51,775 bases of DNA, from NCBI GenBank assembly GCA_947628285.1, contig CANQZK010000001.1, forward strand, positions 1-51,775, written 5' to 3'. The position numbers were made by a program, and so were the translations under genes. This DNA comes from an uncultured Muribaculaceae bacterium. Lineage in GTDB: Bacteria > Bacteroidota > Bacteroidia > Bacteroidales > Muribaculaceae. Below the pieces are notes generated by a model. It did no database searches. It saw only the letters and a program-made list of their open reading frames with translations, and was not told the DNA's origin. Positions within the stretch are counted from its first letter, which is position 1. Each line of letters opens with the position of its first letter. This document shows, one piece after another, positions 16,706 through 27,498 of this stretch.

Positions 16706-19039
16706 TTAGAAGGGATAGCCCACCGAGAAGTGGAAGTTGGCGTCGCGTCCCCAGCGGGGATGGATAAGGGGCCAGGGCTCCTGATTCATGGCCGGGTTGT
16801 GGGCCTTCAGACCCAGGTCGAAACGCAGCAGGAAGTATGTGAAGTCCATGCGCAGGCCCACGCCGTAGGCGGCCGCCAATTGCTTGTAGAAACGGTTGAA
16901 GTGGAACATGCCGCCGGGCTGGTTGGGGTACGAGCGGATAGTCCAAATGTTGCCGATGTCGATGAACAGGGCGCCCTCAAACACCCAGAACAGCTTGGCG
17001 CGATATTCGGCGCTGAGGTCCAGGCTGATGTCGCCGCACTGGTTGATGAAGTCGGTGACGGAGTTCTGCGAGTCGTAGCTGCCCGGGCCCAGGGTGCGGA
17101 CGCCCCAGCCGCGCACGCCGTTGGCGCCGCCGGCGTAGAAGCGCTTCTCAAAGGGCACCATGGACGAGTTGCCGTAGGGATAGGCTATGCCAAGGCCCAC
17201 GTGGAAGGCCAAGGCGTTGCGTGAGTTGAAGTTGCGCGTGTAGGTGTAGTCCACCACGCCGCGGACGTACTGGGCGTACTGGATGCCGCACACCTTGTAG
17301 GCGCCGTCGTGGCGCTTCATGCCTGTGGCGGCCGATATGGCATAGAGCAGGTTGCCGGCGGTCTCGATTGACGCGCGGATGGTGGTCACCGAGGGCTGCA
17401 TGGCAAAGGCGTTGACCTCAGCCGTGGGGATGCGGCGGTTGGAGCGGTAGAAGGTGTAGCCCGTGCGCATAATGAAGTGGTCCTCATAGGAATAGCGCAG
17501 CAGGGGGTTGTCCGGGGCTATCTGGTCGATGAAATTGAGGGTGCTGCGGGGCAGTTTGACGTAGTTGACGTCCACCAGATCGTAGGTATGGCGCTGGGAA
17601 TAGTCGCGGAAACGCTGGTTCCAGCGCCAGCGCCATGCTATGCCGGCTATGATGCGGGTGTACTCCGGGCGCTCCTGCCAGTTGAACGACACGGCGAATT
17701 CCGTGGTGGCCGTCATGCGTTTCTTGAAGGCGCGGGTGGCGAAGGGCAGGATGAATTTGGGGTAGGTGAGGCCTACCTCGCCGGCGTATTCCGAGAAGCG
17801 CTTGTTGATGAAGCCGTCCAGATTGCCCGAGAGGCTCTCGTAGGCCGTGCGGAACTTGACGGTGAGCATTTCCGAGCGGTGTGTCAGGTTGCGGTTCTGG
17901 TATATGGCGCCGATGCCGAAACCGAGGTCGCCCTCGCTGTTTGTGCCCTCCAGCTCCAGACTGACGCTCTGCTTGCGGTTGCGCGATATGGCTATGACGG
18001 CATCCAGCATGCCCACGTCGGCGCTGTGGCCGTTGATTTCGCGCGTGACGTGCCCGGCGGGCTTCATCTCTATGTTGATGAAGCGCAGGATGGACAGGCG
18101 CGACAGGGCGGCGTAGGTGCGGTCCACGCGGCGCGAGTCGTAGATGGTGCCGGGCTCTATGAAACACATGTCATAGAGTGTGGACGGGCGCAGATAGTGA
18201 TCCGGCCCGAACACGAAGTCCATGCCTCGGTAGCTGATTGTGTCGGGGTGCTCGGCGCGGGCGCCCTCCTCGGTCACGAAGGTGACGTGGCGTATCATGT
18301 ACAGCGGATAGGCCGACGGGGCGACGTTCTGTCGCGGCTGATATGAGCGCAGGTTCAGCGTCAGGTCAATTTCCTTGCTGCCGCGCACGGTATCGGCCGT
18401 GAAGGTGATGTTCTCGCGCGTGAACGTATAATAACCGTGCTGGCGCAGGCACTCGGTGATGGATGCGCGCATGCGGTCCAGGCGGTTGCGGTCGAAGATG
18501 TCGCCGGCGCCCATGTCGATGAGGGTGGAGTCGGCGGCGATGATGGCGGCGATGGCCGTGTCGGGGATGTTGAGGCGCATCGAGCCGATGGTGTGGGGCC
18601 GTCCGGTGTCGATGCGGTAGGTGATGTCGGCGCGTTGGCGGGCGGAGTCAAGGCGCTCGTCCACAGTGACATTGACGTCCATATAGCCGCGGTTCGACAT
18701 GGCCTGCTGCAACTGCCGGCGCGAGGCCTCGGTCAGGTCAGCGTCATAGATGACGGGCGGCTGGCCCAGGTTGCGCAGCCAGCGGTTGTACCACTTGGTG
18801 GTGTCGCTGCCCGACAGGGAGTAGGTGGCCAACTGCAGTTTGGCGAATCCCAGCACCTTATGGTTGGGCGTCTGGCGCAGGAAGTTGACAAGCTCCTCCG
18901 ATGTTCCGGCGCGCGTGTCGCCTTCGATTTCTATCTTGACTTTGTCAAGCAGAAGCTGTCCGTCGGGCACGTGCTTGGTGGAGCTGCATGCGCACAAGCA
19001 TACAGCCGTCAGTAAGCACAGTGCCCAACGAAGCATCAT
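16706..19039 (-). CDS. Omp85/BamA-TamA family outer-membrane lipoprotein (TamL-like)
   Basis: Lipobox LCAC-SSTK, POTRA-like N-terminus, FYAGGANGVRGW, GLRMDFTYFLLRFDLG, C-terminal FSVGYPF. Confidence 0.88.
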   Translation of the reverse strand: MMLRWALCLLTAVCLCACSSTKHVPDGQLLLDKVKIEIEGDTRAGTSEELVNFLRQTPNHKVLGFAKLQLATYSLSGSDTTKWYNRWLRNLGQPPVIYDADLTEASRRQLQQAMSNRGYMDVNVTVDERLDSARQRADITYRIDTGRPHTIGSMRLNIPDTAIAAIIAADSTLIDMGAGDIFDRNRLDRMRASITECLRQHGYYTFTRENITFTADTVRGSKEIDLTLNLRSYQPRQNVAPSAYPLYMIRHVTFVTEEGARAEHPDTISYRGMDFVFGPDHYLRPSTLYDMCFIEPGTIYDSRRVDRTYAALSRLSILRFINIEMKPAGHVTREINGHSADVGMLDAVIAISRNRKQSVSLELEGTNSEGDLGFGIGAIYQNRNLTHRSEMLTVKFRTAYESLSGNLDGFINKRFSEYAGEVGLTYPKFILPFATRAFKKRMTATTEFAVSFNWQERPEYTRIIAGIAWRWRWNQRFRDYSQRHTYDLVDVNYVKLPRSTLNFIDQIAPDNPLLRYSYEDHFIMRTGYTFYRSNRRIPTAEVNAFAMQPSVTTIRASIETAGNLLYAISAATGMKRHDGAYKVCGIQYAQYVRGVVDYTYTRNFNSRNALAFHVGLGIAYPYGNSSMVPFEKRFYAGGANGVRGWGVRTLGPGSYDSQNSVTDFINQCGDISLDLSAEYRAKLFWVFEGALFIDIGNIWTIRSYPNQPGGMFHFNRFYKQLAAAYGVGLRMDFTYFLLRFDLGLKAHNPAMNQEPWPLIHPRWGRDANFHFSVGYPF

Positions 19040-19040
19040 T

Positions 19041-22000
19041 TCAATATTCGTCCCAGGCCTTGATTTCGATAGAATCAGGCGAGAGGGTGGTGAACGCGCC
19101 TATGAAGGCCGAGGCCAGGCGTGCGTTGGTGAGCAGAGGGATGTTGAGGTCGATGGCGGCGCGGCGAATCTTGTAGCCGTTGGTAATCTCGTCGGAGCTG
19201 AGGTCGCGCGGGATGTTCACCACCAGGTCCACATCATGGTTGTGCAGTACTTCAAGGGCCTGCGGGTGCATGTCGGTGTCGGAGGGCTTGTACACCAGGG
19301 TGGCGCGGACGCCGTTTTCCTCCAGGAAGCGGCGTGTGCCCTCGGTGGCGTAGATGCGGTAGCCGCGGGCATCCAGCATCTTGGCGGCGTCCAGCATGGC
19401 CAGTTTGTGCTTGACTGAGCCGGAGCTGAGCAGCACGCCCTTCTGGGGGATGCGCTGGCCCACGGAGAGCAGCGACTTGAGCACGGCCTCGGAGGTCATC
19501 TCGCCCAGACAGCCAACCTCGCCCGTCGAGGACATGTCGACGCCCAATACGGGGTCGGCGCCCTGCAGACGCGAGAAGGAGAACTGCGAGGCCTTGATGC
19601 CGACGTAATCCAGATCGAAGGCGCTCTTGGCGGGCTTCTCAACCTTCTGGCCCAGCATGATGCGGGTGGCAAGGTCGATGAAGTTGATTTTCAGCACCTT
19701 GGATACGAAGGGGAACGAGCGCGACGCGCGCAGGTTGCACTCTATCACCTTGATGTCGTTCTCCTTGGCCAGATACTGGATGTTGAAGGGGCCGGAGATG
19801 TTCAGGGCCTTGGCAATCTTGGCGCTGACCTTCTTGATGCGGCGCATGGTCTCCACGTAGAGCTTCTGGGGCGGGAACTGGATGGTGGCGTCGCCTGAGT
19901 GCACGCCGGCGTACTCGATGTGCTCCGAAATGGCGTAGGCCATGATTTCGCCATGGTCGGCCACGGCGTCCATCTCTATTTCCTTGGCGTCCTGGATGAA
20001 TTCGGTCACCACCACAGGGTGCTGCTTGCTGACGTTGGCGGCAAGCTGCAGGAAGCGCACCAGTTCCTCGTTGTTGGAGCAGACGTTCATGGCGGCGCCT
20101 GACAGCACGTAGCTGGGGCGCACCAGCACGGGGTAGCCTACCTCGGCCACGAACTGGTGGATATCGTCCAGGCTGGTGAGCTCGCGCCAGCGGGGCTGGT
20201 CGATGCCCAGACGGTCCAGCATGGCCGAGAATTTGTGACGGTCCTCGGCGTTGTCGATGCTTGCGGCGGAGGTGCCCAGGATGTTGACGTGCTGGGCGTC
20301 AAGGCGTGTGGCCAGGTTGTTGGGAATCTGGCCGCCCACGGACAGGATGACGCCGTGGGGCTGTTCCAGCTCTATGATGTCCATGACGCGCTCAAAGGTG
20401 AGCTCGTCAAAGTAGAGGCGGTCACAGGCGTCATAGTCGGTCGATACCGTCTCGGGGTTGTAGTTGATCATTACCGAGCGCCAGCCCTCCTTCTTGACGG
20501 TCATCAGGGCGTTGACCGAGCACCAGTCGAATTCCACTGACGAGCCGATGCGGTAAGCGCCTGAGCCCAGGACGATTACCGAGCGGTGGTCATGCAGATA
20601 GTCGACATCGTTCTCCGTGCCGTTGTAGGTCAGGTAGAGGTAGTTGGTCATGGCCGGATACTCGGCGGCCAGGGTGTCAATCTGCTTGACCACGGGCATG
20701 ATGCCCAGTTCCTTGCGGCGGGCGCGCACCAGCAGGTTGGCCGTCTCGGTGTCCGTCATCTTGTCCTTGAGCACAGAGCGGGCCACCTGGAAGTCGCTGA
20801 AGCCCTGCTGCTTGGCGCGGCGCAGGAGTTCGGGGTCGACGGCTTCGAGGCTGTCGTATGTCTCCAGCTCGGCGGCGGTGTTGATGATGTTGCGCAGCTT
20901 GTACAGGAACCAGCGGTCAATCTTGGTGAGTTCATGAATCTCGTCCACGCTCATGCCGCTGCGCATGGCGGCCGAGAGGACAAAGACGCGCTTGTCCGTG
21001 GGAGCGGCCAGCGCGCCGCGGATATCGTCTATCTTGACGTCCTTGTTGCCCACAAAGCCGTGCATGCCCTGGCCGATCATGCGCAGGCCCTTCTGGAAGG
21101 CTTCCTCAAAGGTGCGGCCGATGGCCATGACCTCGCCCACGGATTTCATGGACGAGCCTATCTGACGGTCCACGCCGTGGAACTTGCCGAGGTCCCAGCG
21201 GGGCAGCTTGCACACCACGTAGTCCAGGGCGGGCTCGAAGAAGGCCGATGTGGACTGTGTGACGGAGTTCTTGAGGTCGAACAGGCCGTAGCCCAGGCCG
21301 AGTTTGGCGGCCACGAAGGCCAGGGGATAGCCGGTGGCCTTGGATGCCAGGGCCGACGAACGGCTCAGACGGGCGTTCACCTCAATGACACGGTAGTCCA
21401 TCGACGAGGGGTCATAGGCATACTGCACGTTGCACTCGCCCACGATGCCTATGTGGCGTATAATCTTGATGGCCAGCGAGCGCAGGTAGTGGTAATCGTC
21501 GTTGCTGAGGGTCTGCGAGGGAGCCACCACGATGCTCTCGCCGGTGTGGATGCCCAGCGGGTCGAAGTTCTCCATGTTGCAGACGGTGATACAGTTGTCG
21601 AAGCGGTCGCGGACCACCTCGTATTCCACTTCCTTCCAGCCCTTGAGCGATTTCTCGATGAGCACCTGGGGCGAGAATGCCAGAGCCTTCTCGACCAGCG
21701 CGGCCAGTTCCTCGGCGTTGTCGCAGAAGCCGCTGCCCAGGCCGCCTAAGGCGTAGGCGGCGCGCACGATTACGGGGTAGCCCAGGTCGTCGGCGATGGC
21801 AAGGGCCGATTCTATATCCGAAGCGGCGCTGCTGCGGATTGTCTTGATGTCAATCTGGTCCAGTTTCTCGACGAACAGCTCGCGGTCCTCGGTGTCGATG
21901 ATGGCGCGGACGGGGGTGCCCAGCACCTTTACGCCGTAGCGTTCCAGTACGCCCGAGCGGTACAGCTCCACACCGCAGTTGAGGGCCGTCTGGCCGCCGA

Positions 22001-22268
22001 ATGCCAGCAGGATGCCGTCGGGGCGCTCGCGGTCAATAACGCGGGTGACGAAGTCGGGCGTCACGGGCAGGAAGTATATCTTGTCGGCAAACCCTTCGGA
22101 GGTCTGCACAGTGGCGATGTTAGGGTTGATGAGCACCGTGGTGATGCCCTCTTCCTTCATGGCCTTGAGCGCCTGGGCGCCCGAGTAGTCGAATTCGCCG
22201 GCCTCGCCGATTTTCAGGGCACCGCTGCCCAGCAGCAGCACTTTCTTGATTGATGCGTCTTTGTTCAT
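19041..22268 (-). CDS. carB: Carbamoyl-phosphate synthase large subunit
   Basis: GSGALKIGEAGEFDYSG, MENFDPLGIHTGES, EVNARLSRSSALASKATGYP, duplicated ATP-grasp and MGS domain. Confidence 0.97.
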   Translation of the reverse strand: MNKDASIKKVLLLGSGALKIGEAGEFDYSGAQALKAMKEEGITTVLINPNIATVQTSEGFADKIYFLPVTPDFVTRVIDRERPDGILLAFGGQTALNCGVELYRSGVLERYGVKVLGTPVRAIIDTEDRELFVEKLDQIDIKTIRSSAASDIESALAIADDLGYPVIVRAAYALGGLGSGFCDNAEELAALVEKALAFSPQVLIEKSLKGWKEVEYEVVRDRFDNCITVCNMENFDPLGIHTGESIVVAPSQTLSNDDYHYLRSLAIKIIRHIGIVGECNVQYAYDPSSMDYRVIEVNARLSRSSALASKATGYPLAFVAAKLGLGYGLFDLKNSVTQSTSAFFEPALDYVVCKLPRWDLGKFHGVDRQIGSSMKSVGEVMAIGRTFEEAFQKGLRMIGQGMHGFVGNKDVKIDDIRGALAAPTDKRVFVLSAAMRSGMSVDEIHELTKIDRWFLYKLRNIINTAAELETYDSLEAVDPELLRRAKQQGFSDFQVARSVLKDKMTDTETANLLVRARRKELGIMPVVKQIDTLAAEYPAMTNYLYLTYNGTENDVDYLHDHRSVIVLGSGAYRIGSSVEFDWCSVNALMTVKKEGWRSVMINYNPETVSTDYDACDRLYFDELTFERVMDIIELEQPHGVILSVGGQIPNNLATRLDAQHVNILGTSAASIDNAEDRHKFSAMLDRLGIDQPRWRELTSLDDIHQFVAEVGYPVLVRPSYVLSGAAMNVCSNNEELVRFLQLAANVSKQHPVVVTEFIQDAKEIEMDAVADHGEIMAYAISEHIEYAGVHSGDATIQFPPQKLYVETMRRIKKVSAKIAKALNISGPFNIQYLAKENDIKVIECNLRASRSFPFVSKVLKINFIDLATRIMLGQKVEKPAKSAFDLDYVGIKASQFSFSRLQGADPVLGVDMSSTGEVGCLGEMTSEAVLKSLLSVGQRIPQKGVLLSSGSVKHKLAMLDAAKMLDARGYRIYATEGTRRFLEENGVRATLVYKPSDTDMHPQALEVLHNHDVDLVVNIPRDLSSDEITNGYKIRRAAIDLNIPLLTNARLASAFIGAFTTLSPDSIEIKAWDEY

Positions 22269-22294
22269 AGCTTGGTTTTGAATCGTTGAGGGGG

Positions 22295-23368
22295 TTAGAG
22301 CATGTTGACGAACTCGTCGAAGAAGAATTCGGTGTCGCGGGGGCCGGACGAAGCCTCGGGGTGGAACTGGGCCGAGAAGAAGGGCAGCGTCTTGTGGCGG
22401 ATACCCTCGTTGGTGCCGTCGTTCATGTTGGTGAACAGGGGTTCCCAGTCGGCGGGCAGGGTGGAATCGTCAACGGCGAAACCGTGGTTCTGCGATGTGA
22501 TGAAGCATTGGTTTGTGCCGGCGCGGCGCACGGGCTGGTTATGTGAGCGGTGGCCGTATTTGAGCTTGTAAGTTGATGCGCCGGCGGCCTTGGCCAGCAG
22601 CTGGTTGCCCATGCAGATGCCGCAGATGGGCTTGCCCTTGGTCATGGCCTTGCGGATGTTCTCCACGGTCACGCCGGCAAAGTCCGGGTTGCCCGGGCCG
22701 TTGCTGATGAACAGGCCGTCGAAGTCCAGGTGGTTGAAGTCATAATCCCAGGGTACGCGGATTACGCGCACGCCGCGGCGGGCCAGACAGCGGATTATGT
22801 TGTGCTTGATGCCGCAGTCCACCAGCACTACGCGCTTGCCGTCCTCGGGTCCGTACTCGTGTACCTCCTTGCATGAGGTCATGGCGATGAGGTTTTCGGC
22901 GTTGGGGTCGTAGAGTTCGGGCTCCTCCATGCCGTCGATGATGATTTTGCCCAGCATCGAGCCGCTGTCGCGCAGGTGTTTGGTCAGGGCGCGGGTGTCA
23001 ATGCCGTAGAGGCCGGGGATTTTCTGCTCCTTGAGCCACTGCGCCAGGCTTCGGCCGGCCAGCCAGTGGCTGTGGTCCCAGGCATAATCCTGCGCAATGA
23101 TTGCGCGGCAGTGGATATGCGAGCTCTCGAAATGTTCGCTCAAATCGGGGCTGCCCCCTTCGGGCGGAACGCCGTAGTTGCCCAGCAGCGGGAAGGTCGT
23201 CACCAGTATCTGGCCTTCATAAGAAGGGTCGGTGAGGCTCTCGGGGTAGCCGGTCATTGCAGTGTTGAAGACAACTTCCCCCGATGCGGGGGCTTCGAAA
23301 CCGAACGAATATCCTTCGTATCGGGTACCGTCCTCAAGGACGAGGGTGGCGCGTCTGGTCTGTTGCAT
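22295..23368 (-). CDS. carA: Carbamoyl-phosphate synthase small subunit
   Basis: GEVVFNTAMTGYPESLTDPSY, SNGPGNP, GICMGNQ, SQNHGF, QFHPEA. Confidence 0.97.
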   Translation of the reverse strand: MQQTRRATLVLEDGTRYEGYSFGFEAPASGEVVFNTAMTGYPESLTDPSYEGQILVTTFPLLGNYGVPPEGGSPDLSEHFESSHIHCRAIIAQDYAWDHSHWLAGRSLAQWLKEQKIPGLYGIDTRALTKHLRDSGSMLGKIIIDGMEEPELYDPNAENLIAMTSCKEVHEYGPEDGKRVVLVDCGIKHNIIRCLARRGVRVIRVPWDYDFNHLDFDGLFISNGPGNPDFAGVTVENIRKAMTKGKPICGICMGNQLLAKAAGASTYKLKYGHRSHNQPVRRAGTNQCFITSQNHGFAVDDSTLPADWEPLFTNMNDGTNEGIRHKTLPFFSAQFHPEASSGPRDTEFFFDEFVNML

Positions 23369-23410
23369 GCGTTAAATTGGTTATTTTTCGGCCCGCGGAA
23401 TGCGACCATG

Positions 23411-23441
23411 CAAAGGTACGCAATTTTTCAATACTGACAAA
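23411..23441 (-). promoter_or_regulatory. Promoter of the carA operon
   Basis: TTTG (23441-23438), N19, TACCTTTG (23418-23411). Confidence 0.7.
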
Positions 23442-23535
23442 ATTGTAAAGCGCCCCGATACGCGTCTATGTCATTTATGTTAGGGTGTAATGCAAAGAAT
23501 TTGGCCGGGCTCTTGACAAATGCACCAAAATGTTG

Positions 23536-23543
23536 TACCTTTG
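23536..23543 (+). promoter_or_regulatory. -7 promoter element of the ftsX operon
   Basis: TACCTTTG about 55 nt upstream of the ftsX ATG. Confidence 0.6.
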
Positions 23544-23598
23544 CATCAAATTTGGGCTTGTCCGCACTGACGGCCCGGCAAAAAAGATTCTTTTAGGA

Positions 23599-24471
23599 AT
23601 GTCAAAAAAACGTTCATCTAAAATATCGACCTTCGGTTCGCGCCTCACCACGGTGATTAGCGTTACGCTGGTCCTTCTCATCCTGGGCTCGCTGGCCATG
23701 GTGCTTACCGCATCGCATGCCATGACCGAACAAGTCCGCTCCAATATGGGTTTTATCGTCAAGATGTCGCCTTCGGCCACCGATGTGCAGGTCAATGCCG
23801 TCAAGCAGGCCCTGGCCAAGGCGCCCTTCACTGACCGCTACGTCTTTGCCTCGGCCGACGATATCCTGCGTCAGGAATCCGAGCTGATGGGCGAGGACAT
23901 AGCCGCGCTGGTGGACGAGAACCCCTACGGCGCGGAATTCGACGTGAAGGTGCGTCCGCGCTGGGCCGTGGGCGACAGCATAGAACATCTGGCCGCTATC
24001 CAGGCCTCGCGCCCCGGCGTGGAGGAGGTGGTGACCGAGACCGCCGTGGTCAACAACATAAACTCGCTGATGAACCGCCTGTCATGGGCCCTGCTTGTCG
24101 TAGGCCTGGCCCTGTTGGCAATATCGGTGGTGCTGATCAACAACTCGGTCAGCCTGGCCGTATATGCCCGCCGGTTCATCATCTACACCATGAAGTTGGT
24201 GGGCGCCACCGGTGCGTTCATCCGCCGCCCGTTCCTGATGGCCGGGCTGGCCGCGGGCGCCATAGCCGGCGTGGCCGCCGCCGGGCTGCTGTGCGGCCTG
24301 CGCGCATGGCTGGCCGCCGCCGACCCCATCGCCCGCCAGTGGCTGCCCTGGAGCACCATGGCGCTGATTATGGCCGGAGTGGTGTTGGCGGGTGTGCTCA
24401 TCTGTGGCACGGCCTCGGCTGTGGCCACTAATCGCTACCTGCGCTCGCGCTACGACAATATGTTCCGTTAA
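23599..24471 (+). CDS. ftsX: Cell division permease FtsX
   Basis: ISVTLVLLILG, ENP, LINNSVSLAVYARRFIIYTMKLVGATGAFIRRPFL. Confidence 0.92.
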   Translation: MSKKRSSKISTFGSRLTTVISVTLVLLILGSLAMVLTASHAMTEQVRSNMGFIVKMSPSATDVQVNAVKQALAKAPFTDRYVFASADDILRQESELMGEDIAALVDENPYGAEFDVKVRPRWAVGDSIEHLAAIQASRPGVEEVVTETAVVNNINSLMNRLSWALLVVGLALLAISVVLINNSVSLAVYARRFIIYTMKLVGATGAFIRRPFLMAGLAAGAIAGVAAAGLLCGLRAWLAAADPIARQWLPWSTMALIMAGVVLAGVLICGTASAVATNRYLRSRYDNMFR

Positions 24472-24504
24472 GAAACTGAGAAACAGAGAAACAGAAATAT
24501 AGAA

Positions 24505-24795
24505 ATGGAAAAACCATCAAACGAATACGGCGACCGCGCCGCCAAAGGCCTTGAACGCGAGACCTTTGACCAGCGCGCCCTGGGCCGCAACAACTACATA
24601 GGCATGGCCGTGGCCGGCGCCATGATAGTTATCGGCTTCCTGCTGATGCTGGGCGGATCGTCGACCGTCAACGAGTTCAACGCCGATATTTTCAGCACTC
24701 GCCGCATTGTAGTAGGCCCGGCCATAGCGTTCCTGGGCTTCGTGGCCATGGCAGTGGCCGTGTGTGTCAAACCCCGTAAATCCGCCAAAGACTGA
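24505..24795 (+). CDS. DUF3098 membrane protein
   Basis: NNYI...IVIGFLLMLG...FNADIFSTRRIVVGP; position between ftsX and uppP. Confidence 0.85.
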   Translation: MEKPSNEYGDRAAKGLERETFDQRALGRNNYIGMAVAGAMIVIGFLLMLGGSSTVNEFNADIFSTRRIVVGPAIAFLGFVAMAVAVCVKPRKSAKD

Positions 24796-25637
24796 TGGAT
24801 ACGCTTAACGCTCTGATAATGGGCATAGTGCAGGGCCTGGCCGAATACCTGCCCATCAGCTCGTCGGGCCATCTGGAAATCTGCGGCAAGCTGCTCGGGC
24901 TGGACCTCGACCCCGAGGCTTCGTTGGCATTCGACGTAACCCTGCATGTGGCCACCGTGCTGAGCACCATCGTGGTGCTGTGGCGCGAATTCGCCCCGCT
25001 GTGCGTGTCGTTCTTCACCTTCCGTCGCGACAGCAACTTCGATACTGTGGTCAAAATCCTCATTTCCTGCATCCCCGTGGCCATCGTGGTCTTGTGCTTC
25101 AAGGACGTCATCGAGGGCTTCTTTGACAAGAATCTCACCGTGGTGGGCTGCTGCCTGTTGGTGACGGCCGCGCTGCTGTCCTTCTCCTACTTCTACCGCA
25201 CCCGCCCCATGCAGGAGGCCGCCGCGCACGCCGAGCGCCGTCCCTACAAGGCCCGCGATATCAACTATGTGGACGCCTTCGTCATTGGCTGCGCCCAGGC
25301 CGTGGCCGTGCTGCCGGGCCTGTCGCGCTCAGGCTCGACAATCGCCACCGGCATCATCCTGGGCGACAAGCGCGAGCAGGTGGCCCGCTTCTCCTTCCTG
25401 ATGGTCATCATACCCATCCTGGGTCAGGCGCTGCTTGACATCAAGGACTATGTGACCGACCCCGCCGCATCCTCAGCCGCCGAGATTGGCCTTGTGCCCA
25501 TGATTGTCGGCTTCCTGGCATCGTTCATCGTTGGCTGCATCGCCTGCAAATGGATGCTCGACATCGTAAAGAAAGGCAAACTCATCTGGTTCGCGGTCTA
25601 CTGTCTGATTGTAGGCCTGCTGTGTATAATCCTCTGA
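24795..25637 (+). CDS. uppP: Undecaprenyl-diphosphate phosphatase
   Basis: QGLAEYLPISSSGHL, LHVAT, AVLPGLSRSGSTI, ARFSFLM. Confidence 0.95.
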   Translation: MDTLNALIMGIVQGLAEYLPISSSGHLEICGKLLGLDLDPEASLAFDVTLHVATVLSTIVVLWREFAPLCVSFFTFRRDSNFDTVVKILISCIPVAIVVLCFKDVIEGFFDKNLTVVGCCLLVTAALLSFSYFYRTRPMQEAAAHAERRPYKARDINYVDAFVIGCAQAVAVLPGLSRSGSTIATGIILGDKREQVARFSFLMVIIPILGQALLDIKDYVTDPAASSAAEIGLVPMIVGFLASFIVGCIACKWMLDIVKKGKLIWFAVYCLIVGLLCIIL

Positions 25638-25648
25638 CCTCTGCGCCG

Positions 25649-26368
25649 ATGGACCTTGTGACCGGAGAAATAATCTGCATCGACAAGCCGCTGGGCTGGA
25701 CGTCGTTCAACGCCGTCAAGTTCATCCGCGGCGCCATACTGCGCCGCCTGGGCGTCAAGAAGTTCAAGGTGGGCCATGCCGGCACCCTTGACCCTCTGGC
25801 CACGGGCGTTATGGTGGTATGCACCGGCCGCGCCACCAAGCAGATTGAGCAGCTTCAGGACGGCGTCAAGGAATACATCGCCACAATACGCCTGGGCGCC
25901 ACGACGCCCTCGTTCGACCTCGAAACCGAAGTCGACGCCACCTATCCAACCGAACACATCACCGAACAGGCCGTGCGCGAGGCCCTGACACGCTTCACCG
26001 GCCGCATCGAGCAGATTCCGCCCGCCTTCTCGGCCTGCAAAATCCAGGGCCGCCGCGCCTACGCCATGGCCCGCAACGGCGAGGAAGTGGACCTTCGCCC
26101 CAAGGTGCTGGTAATCGACGAGATAGAACTGACCGAGTACGCCCCGGACAGCATCACCGTCCGCGTGGTGTGCAGCAAGGGCACCTACATCCGCGCCATG
26201 GCCCGCGACATAGGCCTGGCGCTGGGTTCCGGCGCCCACCTCACCGCTCTTCGGCGCACACGTGTGGGCCGCTTCACCCTGGCCGACTGCCTCAGCCCCG
26301 CACAGGCCGCCGACATCATCGGCTCAGCTCCCCTCACCTTCCCCGATGACTATCAACAAGACAATTAA
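25649..26368 (+). CDS. truB: tRNA pseudouridine(55) synthase
   Basis: IDKPLGWTS, KVGHAGTLDPLATG, QIPPAFSA, CSKGTYIR. Confidence 0.96.
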   Translation: MDLVTGEIICIDKPLGWTSFNAVKFIRGAILRRLGVKKFKVGHAGTLDPLATGVMVVCTGRATKQIEQLQDGVKEYIATIRLGATTPSFDLETEVDATYPTEHITEQAVREALTRFTGRIEQIPPAFSACKIQGRRAYAMARNGEEVDLRPKVLVIDEIELTEYAPDSITVRVVCSKGTYIRAMARDIGLALGSGAHLTALRRTRVGRFTLADCLSPAQAADIIGSAPLTFPDDYQQDN

Positions 26369-26426
26369 CATCAAAACCATACCGGCGCAAAGCACGTGCA
26401 CCGCGCCATAAAACATAATTCAAGAC

Positions 26427-27476
26427 ATGAAACTCTCACAATTCAAATTCCGTCTTCCCGAAGAGTTAATAGCACAAGACCCGCCGGAAAATCGTGACGA
26501 ATGCCGATTGATGGTTGTTGACCGCCGCACCGGCGAGATTCAGCACAAAGAGTTCAAAGACATATTGGGATTCTACGACGAGGGCGACGTCATGGTGTTC
26601 AACGACACCCAGGTCTTCCCGGCCCTGCTCTACGGCAACAAGGAGAAGACCGGCGCCCGCATCGAAGTGTTCCTGCTGCGCGAGCTCAACGCCGAGAATA
26701 AGCTCTGGGACGTGCTGGTGGAGCCCGCCCGCAAAATCCGCATAGGCAACAAGCTGTACTTCGGCGACGACAGCTCGATGGTGGCCGAGGTGATTGACAA
26801 CACCACCTCGCGCGGCCGCACGCTGCGTTTCCTCTACGACGGGCCCCATGACCAGTTCAAGGCCGACCTGTTCGCGCTGGGCAACACGCCGCTGCCCGAA
26901 TACATCCACCGCGAGCCGCGCCCCGACGATGCCGCCGCCTATCAGACTCTCTACGCCCGCCGCGAGGGCGCCGTGGTATCGCCCGGCGCAGGTCTGCACT
27001 TCTCGCGCGAGCTGCTCAAACGTCTTGAAATCAAGGGTGTGGAGCAGGCCTTCATCACCGTTCACAGCGGCCTGGGCAGCTTCCGCGATATCGACGTGGA
27101 GGACCTCACCAAGCACCGCATGGACTCCGAGGAGATGGACGCCACCCCGCAGCTGGTCGAGACCGTCAACAAGGCCAAGGACGCCGGCAAGCAGGTGCTG
27201 GCCGTGGGCACATCCGTGCTGCGCGGCATAGCCACCGCCGTGAGCATGGGCGGCCACATGAAGGTCTACAAGGGCTGGACCAACAAATTCATCTTCCCGC
27301 CCTACGATTTCACCGTCACCACATCGCTGCTGACCGACTTTCACCTGCCGTACTCCACCATGGTAATGATGGTGGCCGCCTTTGGCGGATACGAGCACAT
27401 CATGAACGCCTACGAGGTGGCCGTCAAGGAAGGATATCACTTCGGCTGCTACGGCGACGCGATGCTGATTCGCTGA
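26427..27476 (+). CDS. queA: S-adenosylmethionine:tRNA ribosyltransferase-isomerase
   Basis: [50 protein letters not shown]. Confidence 0.96.
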   Translation: MKLSQFKFRLPEELIAQDPPENRDECRLMVVDRRTGEIQHKEFKDILGFYDEGDVMVFNDTQVFPALLYGNKEKTGARIEVFLLRELNAENKLWDVLVEPARKIRIGNKLYFGDDSSMVAEVIDNTTSRGRTLRFLYDGPHDQFKADLFALGNTPLPEYIHREPRPDDAAAYQTLYARREGAVVSPGAGLHFSRELLKRLEIKGVEQAFITVHSGLGSFRDIDVEDLTKHRMDSEEMDATPQLVETVNKAKDAGKQVLAVGTSVLRGIATAVSMGGHMKVYKGWTNKFIFPPYDFTVTTSLLTDFHLPYSTMVMMVAAFGGYEHIMNAYEVAVKEGYHFGCYGDAMLIR

Positions 27477-27498
27477 CGCACGCAGAATAAATGAATGA

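Noticed and set aside
23459-23488. dif-like site (TTATGTTA half)
   Set aside because: No XerC arm ending in ATAA, a poor right end, and a parS site in the window argues against a terminus location.
24472-24504. GAAAC(T/A)GA short tandem repeat before DUF3098
   Set aside because: Three short copies in an A-rich translation-initiation region; no evidence of function.
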